Positions 57,449 to 64,000 of a stretch of 64,000 nucleotides of DNA are shown here, in pieces. Position 1 is the stretch's first letter. Every line of letters starts with the position of its first letter. Source of the DNA: Frankiales bacterium (GTDB taxonomy: Bacteria > Actinomycetota > Actinomycetes > JAFAQI01); assembly GCA_025980465.1 (NCBI GenBank), contig JAICXJ010000007.1, forward strand, positions 12,641-76,640, written 5' to 3'. Under the pieces are notes generated by a model. It saw nothing but the letters and a program-made list of their open reading frames with translations. It searched no databases and was not told the DNA's origin. The position numbers and the translations under genes were made by a program.

Positions 57449-57585
57449 CGAGTCATGCTAGGCACTCGCTCAGCCGGGTGCTCAATCGGTCATTTGGAGG
57501 CACGTCTGCGGGAACGGAAACGGTCTTCTCACTTCCGAGATTCATGCTATCGTGCGACCGTCTCCGGAGCGAGGAGTGAGAACGC

Positions 57586-58869
57586 ATGGCGCATTTCGCC
57601 AAACCCGTCGAGGGCAGCTGGACCGAGCATTTCGGACTCGCAACCGATCCGGTCTCCTACGACGACTCGATCACTCCGGAGCAGTACGCCCTCGAGCGCG
57701 AGGCGATCTTCAAGAAGACCTGGCTGAACGTCGGCCGGGTCGAGCAGCTCCCCAAGCCGGGTAGCTTCTTCACCAAAGAGCTGGACGCCGCGGGAACGTC
57801 GGTCATCGTCGTACGCAACTCAGCCGGCGAGCTGCGGGCGTACCACAACATGTGCCGGCACCGTGGCAACAAGCTGGTGTGGAACGACTACCCGCGGGTC
57901 GAGTCCAGCGGAATGTGCCGGCAGTTCACCTGCAAGTACCACGGCTGGCGCTACGACCTCGACGGCAAGCTGACCTTCGTCCAGCAGGAGGAGGAGTTCT
58001 TCAACCTCGACCGGGACAGGTTCGGCCTGGTGCCGGTGACGATCGAGGAGTGGCAGGGCTTCATCTTCGTGACGTTCAACCCGAAGCCCCAGCCGCTGAA
58101 GGACTATCTCGGCCGACTCGGTGCCGGTATCGAGGGCTACCCGTTCGGGATGATGACCCAGAAGCACACCTACCGCGCTGAGGTCGCCAGCAACTGGAAG
58201 CTGTTCATCGACGCGTTCATGGAGTTCTACCACGCACCTGTGTTGCACGCGAAGCAGTCAGTGGGCGAGGAATCCCGCAAGCTGCAGGGCTTCGGTTACG
58301 AAGCGCTCGCCTACGACATCGACGGGCCGCACGCGATGGTCTCGTCGTGGGGTGGGATGGCACCGCCGAAGGACCTGAGCATGGTCAAGCCGATCGAGCG
58401 GGTATTGCGCAGTGGCCTGTTCGGGATGTGGGAAGGACCCGACGTCGGTGAGTTGCCTGCGGGGCTGAACCCGGCTCGCAGCCCGGCCTGGGGTATCGAC
58501 TCCTTCCTGTTCTTCCCGAACTTCATGCTGTTGGTCTGGAAGCCGGGCTGGTACCTGACGTACCACTACTGGCCGACGTCGTACAACACGCACATCTTCG
58601 AGACCTCGCTGTACTTCGCACCGCCGCAGAACGCGTTCGAGCGGCTCCAGCAGGAGCTCGCCGTCGTCACGTTCAAGGAGTACGGCCTGCAGGACGGCAA
58701 CACCCTCGAAGCCACGCAGATGATGCTCGAGTCGGGCGCAATCACAGAGTTCCCGCTGAACGACCAGGAGATCGCGTTGCGGCACCTGCACACCACCTGT
58801 CGCGAGTACGTCGCCGAGTACACCGGCAGCAAGGCCGCCGCGCCGACGCCAATCTCGGCCGCGTCCTGA
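57586..58869 (+). CDS. Rieske [2Fe-2S] non-heme iron oxygenase alpha subunit (ring-hydroxylating/KshA-PDO class)
   Basis: 427 aa. Rieske CRHRGN...CKYHGW. Downstream mononuclear-iron catalytic domain. AGGAGTGAG RBS-like sequence upstream. Confidence 0.8.
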   Translation: MAHFAKPVEGSWTEHFGLATDPVSYDDSITPEQYALEREAIFKKTWLNVGRVEQLPKPGSFFTKELDAAGTSVIVVRNSAGELRAYHNMCRHRGNKLVWNDYPRVESSGMCRQFTCKYHGWRYDLDGKLTFVQQEEEFFNLDRDRFGLVPVTIEEWQGFIFVTFNPKPQPLKDYLGRLGAGIEGYPFGMMTQKHTYRAEVASNWKLFIDAFMEFYHAPVLHAKQSVGEESRKLQGFGYEALAYDIDGPHAMVSSWGGMAPPKDLSMVKPIERVLRSGLFGMWEGPDVGELPAGLNPARSPAWGIDSFLFFPNFMLLVWKPGWYLTYHYWPTSYNTHIFETSLYFAPPQNAFERLQQELAVVTFKEYGLQDGNTLEATQMMLESGAITEFPLNDQEIALRHLHTTCREYVAEYTGSKAAAPTPISAAS

Positions 58870-58880
58870 TCGGAGGCGTG

Positions 58881-59207
58881 ATGGCCAACCTGCCGACCGA
58901 CTTCGCCGAGCTCGAGCCGTTCTCGGAATGGATCCTGCCCAGCGAGTACGACCGTTACGGCAAACGGATCGCCAGCTCGATGGACGAGCTCCAGGCGTTC
59001 TACGACGCGGCCTTCCCTCGGCTCGAGGACGGCGCCGAATATCTCAAGAGCGTGTCGATCTCCGGCATCTCCGATGAGGACCGCAACCTGCTGTGGCTGT
59101 TCTCCTCGCTGGTGACCGTCTCATTCCCGGTCGAGGCGTGGCGACAGCCGCGGGTGCCGGACAGCGGCGCAACCTCGATCGACGTCGTGGTCGAGCCCCG
59201 CCCTTAA
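58881..59207 (+). CDS. hypothetical protein (no Cys, acidic) between the Rieske oxygenase and SDR genes
   Basis: 109 aa (ORF 58878..59207). Co-oriented and tightly spaced (12 and 13 nt gaps), suggesting co-transcription. No family recognised. Confidence 0.35.
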   Translation: MANLPTDFAELEPFSEWILPSEYDRYGKRIASSMDELQAFYDAAFPRLEDGAEYLKSVSISGISDEDRNLLWLFSSLVTVSFPVEAWRQPRVPDSGATSIDVVVEPRP

Positions 59208-59220
59208 CGAGCGCATCGCC

Positions 59221-60063
59221 ATGACTCGCGACGTGGTCGTCATCATCGGCGCGGGCGGCATGGGGCTCGCGATTGCCCGAACGGTCGGTGCCGGTCGGCA
59301 CCTCCTGCTGGCGGACTACGACGAGACCACCGTCAAGGCAGCTGCCGAGACGCTGGGCAGCGAGGGCCATCGGGTCACGAGGCATCAGGTCGATGTCGGC
59401 GACGCCGCATCGGTTGCCGCACTCGCTGCGGCCGCTCGTAGCTGCGGCCCGGTCGGTCACCTGGTGCACACCGCGGGCGTGTCACCGGTGCAGGCGCCGG
59501 CCGAGGCGGTCCTGCGGGTGGACCTGCTCGGCGTCGCCCTAGTGCTCGAGGAGTTCGCGACCAGCGTCGCGCCAGGCGGCGCCGGTGTCGTCATCGCGAG
59601 CATGGCCGGCCATCTCGCGGCGTCGTTGACCGACGAACAGCACAGCGCACTCGCCACCACTCCCACCGCCGAGCTGCTGGCGCTGCCCTTCCTCGACCCG
59701 GCCGTCATCGGTGACCCCGGCACGGCGTACAGCATCGCGAAGCGCGCGAACGTGCTGCGAGTGCAGGCCGCGGCCGCGACGTGGGGCAAAGCAGGGGCGC
59801 GGATCAACTCGATCAGCCCGGGCATCATCTCCACCGCGATGGGTCAGGCGGAGCTTGCCGGTGACAACGGGGAGCACATGCGGATGCTCATCGACCTCTC
59901 ACCGATCAAGCGGCTCGGGACCCCGAGCGACATTGCCGCCGCCGCGGCGTTTCTGCTGAGCCCGGCGGCGGGCTTCATCACCGGCACCGACCTGCTGGTC
60001 GACGGTGGCGCGGTGGCCGCCGTACGCGCCTTGCTGGTCGGCGGACAGGGAGTGAGCGGATGA
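59221..60063 (+). CDS. SDR family oxidoreductase
   Basis: 280 aa. VVVIIGAGGMGLA, YSIAKRA (YxxxK). Confidence 0.8.
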   Translation: MTRDVVVIIGAGGMGLAIARTVGAGRHLLLADYDETTVKAAAETLGSEGHRVTRHQVDVGDAASVAALAAAARSCGPVGHLVHTAGVSPVQAPAEAVLRVDLLGVALVLEEFATSVAPGGAGVVIASMAGHLAASLTDEQHSALATTPTAELLALPFLDPAVIGDPGTAYSIAKRANVLRVQAAAATWGKAGARINSISPGIISTAMGQAELAGDNGEHMRMLIDLSPIKRLGTPSDIAAAAAFLLSPAAGFITGTDLLVDGGAVAAVRALLVGGQGVSG

Positions 60064-61346
60064 GCGAGAACACCGACTTCGACGCGATCGACTTCTTTCG
60101 CGACAACACCTTGATCCAGGATCCGTATCCGTACTTCGACCATCTCCGCGAGCGTTGCCCGGTCACCGTCGAGAGCCACCACAACGTGATGATGGTGACC
60201 GGGTACGACGAGGCCTGCGCCATCTACGCCGACGCCGAGAACTTCTCCTCGTGCAACGCCGTCACGGGGCCGTTCCCCGGCTTCCCGGTCCCGTTGCAGG
60301 GCGATGACGTCAGCGAGCTCATCGCCGCGCACCGCGACGAGCTGCCGATGAGCGACCAACTGCCCACGATGGATCCACCCATGCATCGCGACCATCGCGG
60401 CCTGCTGATGCGGCTGATGACCCCCGCTCGGCTGCGGGAGAACGAGGAGGCGATGTGGAAGCTCGCCGATCGTCAGATCGACGAGTTCATCGACCGTGGC
60501 TCCTGCGAGCTGGTGAGTGACTTCGCCGGTCCGTTCACGATGTATGTGATCGCCGACCTGCTCGGTGTCCCCCAGGAGGATCACGACGAGTTCCGGAAGC
60601 GACTGCAGGGCAACCGCCGTCACGGCAGCTCGGTCGGCGCGACCAGCCACGACGCGATGCAGCACAGTCCGCTCGCCTACCTCTACGACGTCTTTACGAC
60701 ATACATCGAGGAACGCCGCCGCGAGCCGCGCGCCGATGTGATGACGGGAATGGCGACCGCAACGTTCGAGGACGGCAGCCTGCCCGAGGTGATCGACGTG
60801 GTGCGGGTCGCGACGAACCTGTTCGCTGCCGGGCAGGAGACCACCGTGCGGCTGCTGTCGACCGCGCTCATGGTGCTCGCCGAGCAGCCCCAGCTCCAGG
60901 AGCTGCTGCGCAATGACCGCAGCAAGATCATCAACTTCGTCGAAGAGTCATTGCGGATCGAGAGCCCGGTGAAGGGCGACTTCCGGATGGCGCGCCGCAC
61001 CACCTCCGTCGGCGGCGTCGACATCCCGGCGGGCACGACGGTGATGGTCATCAACGGCGCGGCGAACCACGATCCGCGTAAGTTTCCGAGCCCGAAGAAG
61101 TTCGACGTCGAGCGCGGCAACTCGCGGCAGCACCTGTCGTTCGGGCGCGGGATTCACACCTGTCCGGGCGGGCCGCTCGCCCGCGCCGAGGGACGGATCA
61201 GCATCGAGCGGCTGCTCGACCGGATGGCCGACATCCGCATCAATGAGAACGAGCACGGCCCGGCGGCTTCACGGCGCTACGACTACCTCCCGACGTACAT
61301 CCTGCGCGGCGTCCGCACACTCCACCTGGAGTTCACGCCGCTCTAA
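60060..61346 (+). CDS. cytochrome P450 (paralog of the P450 at 30888..32168)
   Basis: 428 aa. ATGA overlap with the SDR stop. FGRGIHTCPGGPLARAEG heme loop. The N-terminal DFFRDNTLIQDPYPYFDHLRE matches the other copy (FFTDRAVQDDPYPYFDWVRR). Confidence 0.85.
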   Translation: MSENTDFDAIDFFRDNTLIQDPYPYFDHLRERCPVTVESHHNVMMVTGYDEACAIYADAENFSSCNAVTGPFPGFPVPLQGDDVSELIAAHRDELPMSDQLPTMDPPMHRDHRGLLMRLMTPARLRENEEAMWKLADRQIDEFIDRGSCELVSDFAGPFTMYVIADLLGVPQEDHDEFRKRLQGNRRHGSSVGATSHDAMQHSPLAYLYDVFTTYIEERRREPRADVMTGMATATFEDGSLPEVIDVVRVATNLFAAGQETTVRLLSTALMVLAEQPQLQELLRNDRSKIINFVEESLRIESPVKGDFRMARRTTSVGGVDIPAGTTVMVINGAANHDPRKFPSPKKFDVERGNSRQHLSFGRGIHTCPGGPLARAEGRISIERLLDRMADIRINENEHGPAASRRYDYLPTYILRGVRTLHLEFTPL

Positions 61347-61377
61347 ATCGCTACGCCTACCGCGACGGCGCTGTGGA

Positions 61378-61794
61378 GTCTCACTCATGCAGGTCGCCAA
61401 CGCCCGCCAGCTGACCGCGGACCTTCGCGGGCGCACCCCGCACAACTGGCTGATCGAATCCCAGCGGCTGACCGCGGCCGAAGCGGGCCGCATCGTGACG
61501 CTCGCCCGCTGGTTGCCGCTGCGGCCGCAGCTCGCCGAAGTCCTCGACATCGGCCGCGCCACTCGGGTCTGGCCAACCGCGATCCGCAAGGCGCTGCAAC
61601 GCGAGGACAACGGCTGCGGCTGGCCCGGCTGCAAGATGCCGATCTGGGCCTGCCGGATCCACCACATCCTCTGGTGGGAGCGCCATCACGGAACCACCGG
61701 CAAGCGCAACGGCGTCCACCTCTGCCGGGCTGACCACCCCGAACCGATCCGGCGCTCGCGAACACTCAGTTGTCAGCATCTGCGGGTGCTATAG
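61378..61794 (+). pseudogene. truncated HNH-endonuclease remnant (C-terminal part of a DUF222/REP13E12-like protein)
   Basis: REDNGCGWPGCKMPIWACRIHHILWWERHHGTTGKRNGVHLCRADH matches the REP13E12-family HNH core, with the usual RRHH replaced by RADH. No DUF222 N-domain. The upstream in-frame part overlaps the P450 3' end. Confidence 0.5.
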
Positions 61795-61831
61795 CCCCCG
61801 GTGGCGCTGACAACTTGTGTGATGCGGTGAG

Positions 61832-62485
61832 TTATCGACGACGGGGCGCGGCGGTTTTGGGGATGCCCATGATGTTCACCAGCATCGTGGAGACCTGCTC
61901 AACGGCTTCATCCATCGAGGTATCCACGGCACCTTGCACCAGCCAGAGTTCAGCGAACCTGGCGGTGAGCGCGCCGATCGCTGCCGCGGCAATCGCAGGA
62001 TCGAGGCTCTTGTCGGCGAGATTGCGCCGCTGGAGCTGACGGATCGATTCGGCCATCTGCTCGGCGTACTGACGGTGGCGGCTGAGCATCAGCGCATCGA
62101 CCTCGTCGTCGTACCGCGACACCTGCTCGATCAGGCCCATGATACGGGCCTCCGCGCGGTAGGCCTCGAAGTGCCGCCGCACCGCCTCACGCAGCCGCTC
62201 GTGCGGCGAGAGGTCCGATGATGGCGCGAGTACGACCTCGGCAAGAGGCGCGCCCAGCTGGTCATCGACGAGCGCGGCGACCTCGCGGAAGATCTGCTCC
62301 TTGGATTCGAAGTAGTGGTAGAAGGAGCCGTGCGAGAGGCCGGCGCGCTCCGCGATGTCGGAGATCCGGGCGGAAAGGAAACCGTTCTCCTCGAAGATCT
62401 CCTTCGCTGCCTCAAGCAGCCGGGTGCGGGTGCGCGCCCCTTTGCTGGAACGCGGACCGGCGGTCTCCGTCGGTTGGGCGGTCAC
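61832..62485 (-). CDS. TetR family transcriptional regulator
   Basis: 217 aa. HTH LLEAAKEIFEENGFLSARISDIAERAGLSHGSFYHYFESKEQIF. Its stop overlaps the upstream amidohydrolase start region (codirectional). Confidence 0.8.
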   Translation of the reverse strand: MTAQPTETAGPRSSKGARTRTRLLEAAKEIFEENGFLSARISDIAERAGLSHGSFYHYFESKEQIFREVAALVDDQLGAPLAEVVLAPSSDLSPHERLREAVRRHFEAYRAEARIMGLIEQVSRYDDEVDALMLSRHRQYAEQMAESIRQLQRRNLADKSLDPAIAAAAIGALTARFAELWLVQGAVDTSMDEAVEQVSTMLVNIMGIPKTAAPRRR

Positions 62486-63669
62486 GCCGGTACGCCGACC
62501 CCCATCAGTTTCGACAGGTTGCCGCCCATGAACTTGCGGATCTGCTCCTCGGGCAGATGCGCGAGGTCATTGACGAACGTCGCCGGCTCGGCGAGCCCCT
62601 CCGGATGCGGAAAGTCGGAGCCAAACAGGACGTGCTCCTCGCCGAGCAACTCGGCGAGCTCGGCGTAGTCCTCTTCCCAGAACGGGCTGATGTAGATATT
62701 GCGGCGCACCACGTCGACCGGGTTCTCGGCGAACTCCTGCGGCATCTTCTTGTAGAGGTCCTTCATCGATTTCAGCAGGGGCGCGACCCAGCTGGCGCCG
62801 TTTTCGATCACGGCCACCTTCAGCTGCGGGAACCGTGACAGCGCGCCATGGCAGACCAGGGCCGACACCGCATCCTCGATCGGCCGCCACGCCGAGAGCA
62901 TCCGGAACGCCTGCGGTTTGAAGGGCAGCATCTCCGCGCCGCTGCCCATCCACTCGTTCGCGTAGCGCTCGTAGCCACTGTCGGACGAGTGCATCCCGAC
63001 GAGGATGTCGGCCTCGACGACCCGCTCCCAGAACGGGTCGAACTCCGGCAGCCCGAACGACCGCGGCCCTCGGAAGCCCGGCACCGGCGCCGGTCGGATG
63101 AGTACGACGCGAGCCCCGCGCTCGAGCACCCACTCGAGTTCCTTGATCGCCTCATCGACGATCGGCAGCGTGATGACCGGTGTCGTGAAGATCCGGTCCT
63201 CGTAGGTGAACTGCCAGGTCTCGTAGATCCATTCGTTGAGGGCGTGAATGACGGCGTGCACGAGCTCCGGGTCATCGCGCATCCGCTCCTCGACCAGGCT
63301 CGCCAGGGTCGGGAACATCAAGGTTCGGTCCACGCCTTGGCTGTTCATCAGCTCGAGGCGCGGCCCCGGCTCGCGGAAGGCCGGGATCGCCCGCATCGGC
63401 TCGCCGAAGATCTCGCGCCGGCTCTTCCCTTCCGGGTTGCCCTTGCGGTAGTACTCCTCCTGCGCACCCGGTCGCGCGACGACGTCGAAGGTCGGGTTGG
63501 GGATGTACTCGCTGATCTGACCGCGTACGACGATCTTGGTGCGGCCTCGCACATCGACGTAGTCGATCGCGCCCTTGTAACGATCCGGAAGGAACTTGGT
63601 GAGGGCGTCCTTCGTCTCGTAGAGGTGGTTGTCAGCATCGAAAATGGTGAGGTCGCTCGGCACTGCCAT
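62482..63669 (-). CDS. amidohydrolase-2 family protein (second copy in window)
   Basis: 395 aa. FDADNHLYE (HxH-like), GMHSSDSG and LFGSDFPHPEG. Same PF04909-type family as 33980..35152. Confidence 0.75.
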   Translation of the reverse strand: MAVPSDLTIFDADNHLYETKDALTKFLPDRYKGAIDYVDVRGRTKIVVRGQISEYIPNPTFDVVARPGAQEEYYRKGNPEGKSRREIFGEPMRAIPAFREPGPRLELMNSQGVDRTLMFPTLASLVEERMRDDPELVHAVIHALNEWIYETWQFTYEDRIFTTPVITLPIVDEAIKELEWVLERGARVVLIRPAPVPGFRGPRSFGLPEFDPFWERVVEADILVGMHSSDSGYERYANEWMGSGAEMLPFKPQAFRMLSAWRPIEDAVSALVCHGALSRFPQLKVAVIENGASWVAPLLKSMKDLYKKMPQEFAENPVDVVRRNIYISPFWEEDYAELAELLGEEHVLFGSDFPHPEGLAEPATFVNDLAHLPEEQIRKFMGGNLSKLMGVGVPA

Positions 63670-63739
63670 ACGCTCGACCCTACCGAGATTTTGACACTGA
63701 CGTCAATATTGGTATGGCGGGGGCGACAACCGGCCGACG

Positions 63740-64000
63740 TCAGCGCCCGCTGACCGAGAGCAGCACCTTGCCGATCGCGCGGCCAGCCGCGACGTGCGCC
63801 AGCGCGGCAGCCGTATCGGCGAGGTCGAACCGCGCCTCGACGTACGGCGCCGCCTTGCCAGTGGCGAGCAACCCGAGCACCTCAGCGTCGTTGCGCGCCA
63901 TCTCCTCGGGATGGCGCATCGCCCAGGAGCGGAACTCGAAGCCGCGGATCTCAATCCCCTTCAGCAGCACCAGGTTGAGCGGGATCCGCGGGATCGCGCC
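63740..64000 (-). CDS. MDR-family zinc-binding dehydrogenase / NADPH:quinone oxidoreductase, 3' part only (gene runs off the window end)
   Basis: C-terminal ...ALAHVAAGRAIGKVLLSVSGR, typical of the quinone-oxidoreductase C-terminus. The frame is open to the window edge. Confidence 0.55.
   Translation of the reverse strand, partial: GAIPRIPLNLVLLKGIEIRGFEFRSWAMRHPEEMARNDAEVLGLLATGKAAPYVEARFDLADTAAALAHVAAGRAIGKVLLSVSGR

Noticed and set aside
57449-57585. Looked for KstR/KstR2-type operator boxes (TnnAACnnGTTnnA, AnCAAGnnCTTGnT) in the TetR-Rieske divergent region and other promoters of the catabolic block
   Set aside because: I found no convincing match by eye, only short direct AACGG repeats. 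I therefore do not label the TetR proteins as KstR orthologs or the cluster as cholesterol-specific.
1-64000. Searched for CRISPR arrays, tRNA/rRNA genes, integrase or transposase genes and long direct repeats
   Set aside because: I saw no periodic repeat-spacer structure, no tRNA-like cloverleaf-compatible GC-poor islands and no recognisable recombinase motifs. The only mobile-element trace is the HNH remnant at 61378..61794.

Overview
This is a high-GC (about 70%) actinobacterial chromosomal window that is almost entirely protein-coding. I saw no rRNA, tRNA, CRISPR array or intact mobile element. The high GC produces many long stop-free shadow frames, so I kept only reading frames carrying recognisable family motifs. 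The window has three themes. (1) A signalling and cell-envelope block at about 6.1-23.0 kb: a quartet of response-regulator receiver, two tandem histidine kinases and a second receiver abuts a giant AftD-like (DUF3367 plus F5/8 type C) arabinofuranosyltransferase-family membrane protein. Converging on it from the other strand is a translationally coupled set of a polytopic membrane protein, an MFS transporter, a glycosyltransferase-4::SAM-methyltransferase fusion and an acyltransferase-3 protein, plus a divergent Wzx-like flippase. (2) A long catabolic region at about 28-64 kb with the gene content of lipid/terpenoid/steroid-type degradation: a KstD-like flavoprotein, three P450s (two clear paralogs), a Rieske oxygenase, an alpha/beta-type acyl-CoA dehydrogenase pair, an enoyl-CoA hydratase, a tandem-fused family-III CoA-transferase, several SDRs, TetR/MarR regulators, two amidohydrolase-2 proteins and an unusual pair of M24 (creatinase/prolidase-like) proteins. 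(3) A Liv-type ABC importer operon whose four canonical genes are translationally coupled to two extra genes, a secreted C-terminally anchored Ala/Thr/Gly-rich protein and a 2-TM protein with a C-terminal H/Cys motif. Other features include a decayed FdhA-like Zn-alcohol-dehydrogenase pseudogene, a truncated HNH (REP13E12-like) nuclease remnant, a 52-codon signal-peptide sORF in an AT-rich intergenic island, and two strong palindromic operator-like sites. Start codons are often uncertain because many genes overlap by ATGA/GTGA; I give my best estimates.
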